Shown piece after piece: positions 12,626-33,652 of a stretch of DNA of 64,000 bases. Every line of letters starts with the position of its first letter. Position 1 is the stretch's first letter. The translations under genes were made by a program, and so were the position numbers. Origin of the DNA: Anthoceros angustus (Eukaryota; Plantae; Anthocerotophyta); assembly GCA_010909165.1 (NCBI GenBank), contig MU008173.1, positions 992,001 to 1,056,000 of the forward strand, given 5' to 3'. Under the pieces are notes generated by a model that was given only the letters and a program-made list of their open reading frames with translations, ran no database searches and was not told the origin of the DNA.

Positions 12626-13297
12626 GCCCCGTCCTCGGCCAAGGAGTCATGGTTCCTCGGGGGGCATACGACAGGCACCCATGTGCGTATCCAAAGAAAC
12701 GCGCTAAGCTCATCAACACAAGCTGGCTTGGAGCTCATCAACACATGCTGGCTTGGCCGTCGCTGGAACATTAGTACAGGCATTTGAGGCTCCCCTTATT
12801 CAGTGCGGTACCGGTGCAGAAAGTTGGAAACCAGAGTGCATGTTGACGCCGGGAATCACTTGGAGTGGCATGTGCAGTGCAAAGAGAGATGCAAACGCGT
12901 CACCTTCATGCTAGTGGGTGGAAAATTCTCCTGCCTTATCAGGCACCCAAGTCGCTGCAAAGAAGAGTTCATTGTACAGCTTCGAGGTTCAGTGGTTAGG
13001 CTCCAACAGAATCTGCCTGCGCTAGAGATTCCAAGGCTCTAACAGCCTCAGAAAGTTCCCCCGCTCACGGTTCCAACGCCCATTACACGAATTGCTTTCG
13101 GTATACAAATTGATATAGGTGTGTTTAAAAGATTTATATATGCATACCAGATTCAGAGCATCGTGCATAGTATAATTCGCCTATCATCTTCGACAGCTCA
13201 AAGTAGGCTTGTTTTGACAGTGCCGCGAATCGGCTCTAAGCTTGTGGTTTAGGGCAGGGTTGATAACAGGCGCTATAGCTCCTTGTCTGCACCGAAG

Positions 13298-13876
13298 ATG
13301 GCGAGCCTCACGATCCGCCTTAGTAAGGGGAAGGGGGTGGCCAACGCCCGAGGAGCTGTGAGGGAGGGGAATGATGTGCCAGAAGCTGCACCTGCTGTCG
13401 AGTCCCCTGCTGGCGATCAAGGAAATTCAGAGCTCCCCGTGGCAAGGGGTATCTCGAGTTCGTTGGTCAATCTACTGTCCGAAGTACGCGTGATGGGACG
13501 AAAGGCTGACAGGATGCCTGGGAATAAGGTTCACTTCTGCATTCGCTGTGATTTTCCCATCGCTGTGTACGGACGGCTGGACCCTTGTCAACATGTCTTC
13601 TGCTTGACTTGCGCAAAGAAGGCGCCCGAGTGCTACCTATGTGATGGGAAAGTTGCGCGGATACAGAGGATGGATGTGTTGGAAGGCATGTATGTCTGTG
13701 GCGCTCCCTCCTGTTTGTATTCTTTCCTTACTCAATCAGAATTCGAGTGGCATATCAGAGAATTCCATGCGGATCTCCTCAACATGCCAGATGCAAGCCA
13801 GGCTGCGCTGCCCCCGACCAATCAAGAGTCTTCTCAGCAGTATTACTACCAGGCTCAGCAAGCCTCGCGCCAGAGG

Positions 13877-13907
<31 letters not shown>

Positions 13908-14131
13908 TTCAGATGCAACAACAGGAATTGCAATCAGAGAAGCGTCAGAAACGAAAACCACAGGAAAATCAGCAGTGGGTTGTTCCTGGCCCGGGGGAGG
14001 GCTATGTCATCGATCAGTGGAATCACATGCCTTTGTACCCCCAGCAGCGGCATGATGAGGCACAGGGACAGCGTCATTTCAACCCCTATTTTGATCCTCC
14101 CGGGTATGAGTCCTCTATGCATGTTCAATAG
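13298..14131 (+). CDS. HAKAI: HAKAI/CBLL1-like RING E3 ligase (m6A writer complex subunit), single exon, poly-Q tail
   Basis: KVHFCIRCDFPIAVYGRLDPCQHVFCLTCA...CYLCD RING followed by a C2H2-like VCGAPSCLYSFLTQSEFEWHIREFH, matching the plant HAKAI architecture. Confidence 0.82.
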
Positions 14132-14354
14132 CGTTGAGGTCTGAGCTGCGAGTGCGTATCTGACTGAACATATCTGCTAGGGCCAGGAACCTGGGCAAAA
14201 ACTCCGCGGTTGCTAAGTTTCCACATTATGTATTATTCAAAGAATTACAACAAGCTGGTCGTCTCTGAACTGTAATGAACCTCCTCTTTCTGGGCCGCAG
14301 AAATGTGATGACTGGTCAACAGGTTCTGTAGTGTACTTCTCTGAAACTATGCTT

Positions 14355-24119
<9,765 letters not shown>

Positions 24120-24823
24120 GGTAGCGCAGAGCAGCGCCTCCTCCCATGCAATTCAGCCCAGCAACTTCAGGATCCTGCCTCATCAATCCCCGGAGAATCT
24201 GCAGTCCCGGTTGCTTCAAGACCGAGACGACGTCTGCCCCACTGTATAGCCGAACGTTTAGCCATAACAGAAGGCACCAGAATTTGTCCACGATAAACCC
24301 AGCTCCCACCAACTCTTCAGCTTATTACACTCCTCTTGTCTTAGCCTCCACAATCTAATGGGCAATCTCCCTCTCGCTCACCCACCGATCCCGTTGTACA
24401 TTTGAAATTCCTGTTGGTAGTCTCCACAAATGTGGAGCAAGTAGTTGCTCACAGTAACAGACAAAAACGGGCCCACAAAAGACAAAATATTTCCCACTTC
24501 ATTAATTCTTCTCGGCATTCCCAAACACACCTGCGCAGTCCCAGATCCAGAGACGCCCAGACCTAAAGATGTATATACTGTAATGAATAACTAGGCTGCC
24601 GAACCTGAGGAACCGAAGCTGCCATTCGAATTCAAACAAAGGAGCCAAAGAAGCGCTTGCGGCCGGCTGCGGGAGGAGCTCAGAGCGCTGAGAGCAGCTG
24701 TGTTGTGCGAAAATGCGTGGGCGGGCAGGGATGTGATCCTCTCCTATGAACTCAGTAGGGCTCATTGCAGGGAAGCTGTGGCAAATGGGGCTGTGAGGGA
24801 AACGTTTCTTGTTGAGCTGGGGA

Positions 24824-26913
24824 ATGGCTGGAAGAGTGGTGCTCACGGGGCAGGTGAAGAGAGCCAGGGGAGGGGCCACATGGATGCTGCAGGAGGAAAA
24901 GGGGGAAGCGAGTCATGCCAATGCCTGCCACAGTTACAACGAGAATGCGTCTCCCAACTTGCAACCCGGCGCTGGTGAGTGGGAAACGTCTTTCAGGAAG
25001 CTGCAGATCGGGGCGCTCGAGAGGGAGGAGGAGGCCAGGCTGAGGCGGATAGGAGAGCAGTACCGGCTGCCGGCCAAGGAGCTGCTGGGAGCGGGGAGCC
25101 AGGGGGAGGACAGTCTTGGAGCCATCTTGAGCAGGCAGAAGCAGCTGCTGTCGGAGCTCCGGACCCGGCCTCTGCGGGAGGTGGACGGGGACGCGGGAGG
25201 GAGAAGTCCGGCGCTTCTTGCTAGGAAAGCAGGGGATCAGAATGTGGCGTCTACGGGCAGGGGAAAGGCCGCGAGTGGGCGCGAGAATCCCAGACCCTGG
25301 GCCTCGTCGTACAAGCCGGCGGCTCCGGCTGGAAAGGAAGGAGGGAGCTCCAGAGCTGTGAAGGCGGGGGCACGGAAGGCCAAGCCGGTGCCGGCGTCGG
25401 ATCAGCAGCAGAGTGAGGGAGAGGTGAAGAAGGATGTGAAATTGGAGGCCGGGAGGCCGGGAGACGGCCATGCGTTGCAGGAGAAGCATGTGATGGTGTT
25501 TGCGTCACAGGCCGAGGAGTGGGAAGCGGAGATGAACAGCATGGCGTCGGAGCCGCCTTCGCAGGTGTCGTTGTGGAAGGACTCGTCGACCTCGGTGTCG
25601 GTTTCGGTGTCTACCAGCTCACAAGGGCATAAGGGAGGCACCACGGGGTCGGAGGGAGAGAATGGGATAGGCAGGTACACCATGGGAAATCTCACGGACC
25701 TGCACAAGGAAATTCTGTCTCTTGCGGGGGATGGAGCTTCGTCCGGGGTCAGGAGCGGTGACAGGATACCTTCAAGAAAGGACATCCTCACCCGGACGGG
25801 TCGGAAGAGCAGAAGGCTGTCGCAACTGCTGAGGAGTGAGGAAGATTTGTTGAGGCAAAACAAGCATTATGCTGTGGAGTTGCAGCTTTTGCAGGATCAA
25901 TTGGATACCAAAGACAATGAAGTATGTCGCCACACCTTTAGCCCTCATTCAATGATGCGTTTGCCTCCTTCCAGCTGACAGTATCATGTGGCAGATACAA
26001 AGTGTTCGCACTGCAGGGATGCTGCTTAAGAGCTTGTACTACAAGCAATGTGAGGAGTTGAAGGCGTTGAAGGCCTCCTACCCGGCCACTTTTAAGGAAA
26101 CCACAGAGTTGAGGGAGCTCTGCAGGAAGCAGGAGCACGAGATGAATCTCAGCCGTGCTCAGCTTTCTGCATTCAAGTCACAGGTTTCCAGTTTAACTGC
26201 AGAGCTTGTGTCCGAGAAGCACAACCTGGCCAAGGTACTGATCCTGGCCAGCAGCCCTCATCTGTTGCTCTCTTACAAGGCTTCCACTGACCAAGTTGAA
26301 ATGCACAGTTGAAAGTCGAAAGAGATCTCCTTCAACAAAAGGTTGAACGAGGTGAACGAGCTCTTCAGACTACGTGTAAACAATGTAACACTGAGCCCAA
26401 CGCTGAGGTAAGCAACACAAGACTGGCAATACAGTTTCTGATCCTGGCAAAAGGAAGCGATGGTCCTACCACTAAGGTTTCATTGGCTGGGGGCCTTAGT
26501 GCTTGCAGGAAACTGGCCGAACGACGGTCAGGAAGACCTATCGGAAAGGAATCAATTCCAGCGCTGTGCCCACCCTGGTGCCGTATAGCGAAGAACACTC
26601 CCAGGTACCGTATTCCATCCCACTGCAAAGATGCCACTCACGAGGCTCCTGCGTCACAGCCTGTTTGTCATTGTCTGAGGACTTGCAGGGTGTGCGGAAG
26701 ATTGGTGAAAAACTAATGAGCGACAGGGAATTGGGAGACATGCTAGTGAAACTACACAGCTATGCAAATCGTGAACAAGCAAGCTTGCAAGAGAGGTGCG
26801 TCCACGCTTTCCAACAGCTCCGACAGTCTTCCCAATCAGATGGCCCAGATGATCTGGATTCTGTCAAGTCCAGGCTTGGAAGAATATTGGGTCCTGTGGG
26901 TCGGTCTAATTGA
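24824..26913 (+). CDS. Uncharacterised multi-exon coiled-coil protein, divergent from TEB
   Basis: A ~370-aa first-exon ORF plus downstream exon-like ORFs with heptad character (LLRQNKHYAVELQLLQDQLDTKDNE; ELRELCRKQEHEMNLSRAQLSAFKSQVSSLTAEL). No family recognised. Start could be 24824 or 24884. Confidence 0.6.
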
Positions 26914-27768
26914 GAGGCTAGGACACGGCACGCATTCGTCCGATGTACTTGTATTTTTGGAAGAGACTGAGCATATCGATAAAGGCTTAGAACACCCCCT
27001 TTGCGGCATCACGTGAGAGGAGTCACTCCTTGCAAGGATACCAACCGGCCAGCTAGCAGAACAGGCGTTTATCGATCAATCAAGCTCCACGGTCACGAGA
27101 ACCTTCCAAGCACAATGAAATAAGGGGAAGCCACCAGCGGCGGCCAAAACAACACACAAGACTCTTTACGGTCTATAGACAATGATAGACATGCAAGCTC
27201 TAGAAATCGGATGTACATAAATCATATGGTGAAGTCCGCCATCAGGACACGTGAACGAAGATGCGAAGGAAAGCTGCATATATTGATCACAGCCATCTAG
27301 AGGACAGCAATATACGGAACAACTCATACCACCTCGCAGAAGCCCTTTCACAGAAGCTGAGGCTGATGTTCCTCCAATAGAGTTAAATATACCAAACCCA
27401 TCCAAAAATCAAACCACTTCTGAAGCGACAGAAGCTATCAACGAGGACATCAGCCTGAAATCAAAGCAGCTGGCCAACATCAAATCCAACTCACCTGAGG
27501 TCACTCATCCCTCCAACAAGTATCAGCTACTCCCCCTACCCTCTTCTCAGGCTCATACCACAACGGTTGAACAAGGTTCTCTCAGCTTCAGTCCCTTCAA
27601 GGGTTAATTGCCCAGGAGAGGTTCAGCATACCTTACTACCATTAATTTACAGTTCAACACCATCACCTTATCTTCACTAGAGGTCCTCTTTCTGCAGGCC
27701 TATCAACATTTCAGGGATGTCGTTCTAACATCTTGCTCAATCTTTCAAAAAAAAAAAGAAAGCCTAGT

Positions 27769-30379
27769 TCAGGGTAGCAGAAAACTAAGCCCTTCTTGTT
27801 CAGAAATACTCTGAGCTGCAGCCCTGTCAGCAGCACCGAAGATACTGACAATATCAATAGATGATTGCTTTACCCCAGCCACTACTGAGTCCTCACCTCG
27901 CTTGGACTTCAGAGTCTTCAGAGCAGCCACAGATACTGCTCGTCGGTTCAGCTCATCTTCAAGTTTGTCAGTGGCCGATCGAAGGACGGTCAAATCAAAA
28001 ATATTTTCGGCAACAAGCTGTCCGATAAGCTCTCCAACATGCCTGCCTGCCAAGGGAATATCCATCACAATGTCATCTAGCTGCTCGGCCACCTGCACCA
28101 CACCTCTGAGAACATCAGGACCTGAGATTGTCTTTTTTCTACTCAGGTGGATGATAAGCTTGGTCAGCAGTTCCCGATCTCGATCCTTCTTCTCCAAAGC
28201 TGTAAATACGGCCACCTCAACAAAAGTAGCATGCCATGTGGGTGCACGAAGCTCTTCGACACACAACGTAGCCTCATTAAGGTCTGCAATGGAGAAATAC
28301 TCAGACAGCAGGGAGCCTGTCTTCTTCCTCAACACGGTATCCGATGGGGCCTGTCCCTCCGCAGCTGCTCGTGGTGGTGCCGCCGGAGCTTCAACCCTAG
28401 ATGGCACCGCGGCAGGGGGGGCTACAGGCCCTGACCCAACTGGCCCCCTCTCCGGCACCCGCAAGCTCGATGTCTCAGGAACAGGTATACCTGCAAGAGC
28501 AGTCGTGGGAGGACGGGCTTGATTACCCAATAGCGCACTTGTCTTCCCCAAAAATGACCCACCACTGCCCTGAGGCAACACCCTGGAGGGCATGCTCGAA
28601 TACGCAGCAGGCGGGGCCCTGCCCTGAGGAAGAGGGAGCACACCTTCCCGCTTCCCCTTCCGTCCAGCAATCTCCCACCCATCCATCTCCACGCTGGGAA
28701 ACCCGGAAGACGGAAGGCCAGGCATGGCATGTGCGGTTGGCGGCAAGCCCGGCATGCCAGGCATCCCCGGCATCCTCCCCCCAGCTCTCGGAGGGAAGAA
28801 GAAGTCCGGCCCAGGTGGACCTCCAGAACCACGCCCCCCATTCCTGAAGCTGGTAGACCCAGGACGGATACCCAACTTCTGCTCTGCCTCAGAGTGGATC
28901 TCATTAATAGTCTTAGCCTTGAGCTCCTCCCGCCTAGGCACCCACTTATTAGACCGCAGATCAACAACATCCCTGCACATGAAACGAATACGGGAGGCCA
29001 GCTTGGGGTTGTTGCTGAAGTCGGTCAGCGCCCGGAAGTAAGAATCCATCACCTGCCTCGACTTCACACTCTCCTCCAGCTGCTTCCCCACAGTGACCAT
29101 GAGCTGACACAAAGCCTCCACGTTCTCCTCCGCAGGCACACTCGACCTATCTTGCCCTAGCAGCTCGTTGATGCACGCATGCACTATCTTCTCCGGAATC
29201 ATCTTCTGCTTGAAGAGCTCTCCGATAAGCTTGATGTTCCCCAGCGTCCGCAGCTTCACATTCCGCTCCTTCTCGGCCCGCAGCGCCTCCTGCTCCGGAG
29301 CCACAAGCTGCCTCACCTCATTCCGAAGCGCGTCGGCGCCCTCGAACTCTTCCTGACACGTGTTCAGCAGGATCCTCCTGAACGTGATGGGCTTCTCCCC
29401 GGGATCCTCCGCCGGGAATTCCGGCAGCGCTTTGCTAAGATTGACGCACAGCTCCGCGTACAGGCTGCAGAAGGACGGCTCCAGCACCGCCTTGTCGAAC
29501 ACCAGCGATATCACGCCCTGCAGAATCTCGGCCGAGTCGATCCCCGCCGCCAGCATCTGCTCCAGCAGCACATCGAACTTCTCCGGCGTGAGCTTGTTGA
29601 GAATCCCCTTGACGATGCGGAACACCTTGTCCTTCTCCGACTGCGCCCCGCGGCGGGCCGACCACGGACTGGCCGCGCGCACGATCCCCGCCGGCACCTG
29701 CGGCCTGGGCTGCTGCTGCCCCGGCTGCTGGCCCTGCTGCCCCGCTGCGGCCCTGACCCACCACCGCCCTGCTCCTGCGATCTCCGCCCTGCTGCCCACC
29801 GGCCCTGCTGCCCCTGCCCACCAGGGCCGCCCTTGCCGTCTTTCTTCCCGTCCCTCCCCGCGCTGCTGCTCGGGCGGGAGCGGGGCAGCGGGAGCGCAGC
29901 CGCCAGTCCCTCCCGTCCTCCTGAGGGACGGGCGCCGGCGCGCCCTCGGCTGCAACTGCGAGGAAGTTGCAGCGGCCCCCACTGGGCCTCCTCCGGGGCC
30001 CCCGCCAGTTTGCCCTCCAGATCCGCCTGCAGAAGCTCGGGCGGGACCTGCCTGCAACTGTCCTGGAACTCCAGCAATTGCTGCCGGGTGTAGCGCACCT
30101 TTCCTTGCGCCTCCGAGAACCCGCCTTCGCTGTTCTTGGCCACCGAAGGCTCCCCGCCCGCCGACAATCCCGCCCGGGCGCCTGCCGCAGCCCGGACCCC
30201 CCGATGCCGCCGCCAGCCGCCCCGCCCGGCCTGAAGGAGAAGGCCCCGTACTTCCCCCCTCCCGGGCGGAGGTTCACGTTCTCCTGCTGCAATGCAGGCG
30301 CCTTCGACGCCACCCCCACATCCACGCCCGAGGAGGCCGAGAATTGGTTCGCCGGCGACATGGTGTCCATTGTTGCCAT
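27769..30379 (-). CDS. EIF(ISO)4G: eIF(iso)4G (MIF4G + MA3), apparently intronless, with apparent frameshifts in the GC-rich N-terminus
   Basis: N-terminal NLRPGGG, eIF4E-binding motif RYTRQQLL, GRDWR, PWSARRG...VKGILNKLTPEKFD (MIF4G), LLSEYFSIADLNEATLCVEEL (MA3). The N-terminal motifs are split over three frames between ~30200 and ~29750. Confidence 0.88.
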
Positions 30380-30382
30380 TCC

Positions 30383-30535
30383 GCAGAGCCCCGACTCCCT
30401 CAGAGCCCCGACTCCCCCACAGCCCTGACTCCCTCAGAGCCCCGACTCCCTCAGATCCCAGATCCCCAGATCCGCACCCCGCCGCCTCTCCTCCCCACAC
30501 ACACACACCACACCACACCACACCACACCACACCG
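30383..30535. repeat. ~17-bp minisatellite (CAGAGCCCCGACTCCCT) x4 and (CCACA)n microsatellite just upstream of the eIF(iso)4G ATG
   Basis: Directly visible in sequence. Confidence 0.8.
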
Positions 30536-31945
30536 CCGCAGATCCTCTATACCTCTACCTCACCTCGCCTCTACGGTGCCAATCAGGGTTGGTGGAAACC
30601 CAACAAAGCAAGGCAGCAGAGCAGCGCAGAGTCTGCAGAGCAAAACCAAGCAAAGCAAAGCAAAGCGCAGCTAAAACCCTTGCACCCTTCACGCATATAT
30701 AGGCCAGGCAAATCAACACAGAGGCGAGGCTGGGCGAGGGCGAGGGAGAGGGCGATTCCGCCGGGGCATCTGTATAGCCTAATGGACGGGATCACACCCC
30801 TTGCCCGCGCTGGAACCTGGAACAGGGGGCCGGGAAAGGAAAGGGGGGAGAAGGAAAGGAGAAGAGAAAGGGAAGGAGAAGGCAAGAGCCTAGGGGTGAG
30901 TTGCTGTGCCAACACTGCTCTCACACACCGTCTTTCCCATCCATTCTGGCCCTCCTTCACATACTCCTCTCGTCTGCATGCCCCAACCCTAATTCTATCC
31001 CTTTCAATCAACTTCGCTACTGCATACACCTCTCACATATTTTGGCCCTCGCTTCCTTTCCGTTCCGTTCCCTCTTCATACGGAGACCCCTCAAGTTTTA
31101 CACATATAAAATACTACCCATAAAAAAACTTGGATCCGCTATAGTAATTCAATTCAATTTAATAAGAAGTTATGAAACGCACACAACTCCCATCTGGAGT
31201 GGACCCAATTTTCTTTTCTTCTTTCACAAAAACTGTTTATATATATCAGCTTAAGTAAAAGCTTTAGAGCAAAGAAACTAAAGAGTTTTCAAGATGTATT
31301 AAAATATGCTCAAGATAAACAATTTATAGACCATAACCTTCTAATATAGATAGAGGACTAAACATATTCCAAGTATAAATTAAAGTTGAAACTTCTTTTT
31401 ACACTTTCTATATAGCATAGAATATATAAGTCCAAATAGTTCGTTTCTATTTTAAATTATTTTATTACTAATCATTTCATATGTGATTTTAAATACGCAA
31501 CATACCTAGTTACCTAAATCCTTGGGTCTCCTCGGAGCTTTCCTATAGTAGATGATTGGTCCCCATCTTTTTTTATGTAATAAAATGCTTACCAACTTAA
31601 GTAGGTACAAACTATGTGTTCAATAGTGTATAAGATGTCACTCATTACTTGTTTGTAGATTTGAAATTATAAATTCTGCCCCAACCCTAATTCTATCCCT
31701 TTCTTGTAGATTTACTTCATACAATACTATATAGGAAATATTTATATTTTGACTTCTTTTTCTATTCATGTATGAAGTTAAAGTTTCTGGAAGACTTTAT
31801 AAAATAAGCAGAGATGGAAACCACCATATGTTAAAGTTTTCTAATAAAAGGAACGATAATGTTGATTTGTATATGTGATGGATCTTATTGCTCTTCAGCA
31901 ATAGCAAATCCTAAGAGGTTATAGTAAGGGAATATGTGATGAATC

Positions 31946-32838
31946 TTACTGTTCTTCTGCAATTGTAAATCCTAAGAGGTTACAGTAAGGGAAGTCTCGA
32001 TAGTCTCGGGAATCTCCTTGTGCGCATTTCCATTGCAACGTTGGTGGGCATACTCTTGTCACATGGAAGCAAAGGCTACGACAAGGTTTCACAAGCACGT
32101 AATTATAATTTCCAGGAAAGTCATCGGGACCATATATTGTTCCTTGTCCTTGTGCAGGAACGTTATTCGTTATGATGCATTCTTTGAACATTGTCCCACA
32201 TATCCAGTACTTGTATGCTTCCAAGCATTCATCACATGTATGCCTATATTGTGAGCATCCTCCTTGGGTAAGAAGGTTGTTCACTCTTGAGTACTCACAT
32301 TCTGGATGAAAAGACAAGTTGAAAGGAATGGTCTCTGACCTTCTAATTTTCTTGAAAGATGATAAATATTTTGTAGTAACTAGCAATTAGTAAGGTCTTG
32401 GTACAAAAAAAAATGATAGTTACCAGCAAAAAAATCCTCCTTTTTTCCAAGAGGCCATCCTGTGTTTTGTTCCACCCTAGCTTTTTGGAAGTTGATCATA
32501 GATGAGTTGCAAAACCATGGTGGCACATACCTCGTAACTCCTGAAGATGGATCTATGTAACCTTGTCCCACATTAGATGGACTTACTTGCGTACATTGGT
32601 GAGAAGTACAATCTTCAAGCAATGATTTGTACCATACTTTCCCTTTACTATCATACAATGGTAAAATTGTGCAAGGCAGTGGCTTAAAATTAGTACAATT
32701 TTCTAAGAGGTCCACACTATATTCATCTATTATTATACCTAAGATCTGTATTTTGTGTCTACCTTCTCCACATACAATAGGAATGCATAGTACTAAGAAA
32801 AGACAAGAACTTGTTAGTGACAAAACACTTGATTCCAT
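31946..32838 (-). CDS. Secreted cysteine-rich protein with Mid1/FAM155(NALF)-like domain, ~282 aa if a 44-nt intron (32380-32423) is spliced
   Basis: Signal-peptide-like N-terminus (MESSVLSLTSSCLFLVLCIPIVCG). C-terminal CDECLEAYKYWICGTMFKEC...VKPCRSLCFHVTRVCPPTLQWKC...CNLLG fits the Mid1/FAM155 pattern CxxCxxAYKxWxC...PCxxxCxxVxxxCP...C...CN. Family assignment is by motif recall only. Confidence 0.66.
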
Positions 32839-33171
32839 GCGTTTCAACCAGTCTAATTTTTTTTCTTATGCTAAATATTTAAAAATATGCTATGATACTT
32901 GATATTTTTTTCAATTTATCTATGGTAGATAGGTTCAATTTTCAGATATAATAAATATTTACATAATTATTAATTAAATAGAACATATTTAATAATAAGA
33001 GCGTTCTAGGTATACAACATCCAAACCCATAGTTTTTGTGCAGTTAACAAAGCTGCCGAACCATTCGAACCTAAAACTGTTTTTTTTAAACCTCCCAGGA
33101 GAGACCTTCCCCGTCCCAAAGCCTGCAGGCCAGAGCCAAAATGGTGCGCCTGCTATGTCTGTCGTGTTCAG

Positions 33172-33218
33172 AAACCCTAGTCGCGGAGGACCACTACTAT
33201 GTCCAAGAAATGTGGGCC
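33172..33218. promoter_or_regulatory. Telo-box (AAACCCTA) plus site II (TGGGCC) in the divergent intergenic region between the Mid1-like gene and AP5Z1
   Basis: Motifs at 33172 and 33213. The pairing is a known plant promoter module, but both motifs are short. Confidence 0.3.
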
Positions 33219-33652
33219 AAGGTGGCGGGACCGCATTTTGCACTAACATCGCCTCTCGTCACGGGTTGTCACGGGACGTCGAGTGTTTTCGCAACTGTAC
33301 CTACCGTGGTGGGAACCACGCACCCACCCGCGGCCCAGAGAATTCGGACGGGAAGGGGGCGGCCGAGCCGTGAGCCATCCCATTCAACACTCCCCGTTAC
33401 ACGCGATTTCGGCCGGCATGGGCAATTGGTAGCGGATAAGGCTACACGCTGGGTACGCTACACGCGCCGTGGACGTCCACCGGGTAGGACACTCTCGCGC
33501 ACTAGCGGCAGGGGCGAATGCGCGCACACAAGGCGGCCAGGCAACGGAAACTGTTCGTGTTCTGCGTGTGCACAGGCTTGGTTTGCAGGCAGGAGCACAG
33601 TCCCTGATGTGCTCTGAGGGCGGGGGCTGTTGACGGAGGAGGATCGGGTGGA

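Noticed and set aside
12780-13070. Weak PPR N-terminus-like reading on the minus strand (GELSEAVRALESL..)
   Set aside because: Too short and stop-ridden to support.
29179-31123. Long plus-strand ORFs (587 aa, 304 aa)
   Set aside because: Antisense shadows of GC-rich eIF(iso)4G and its repeats. No recognisable domains.
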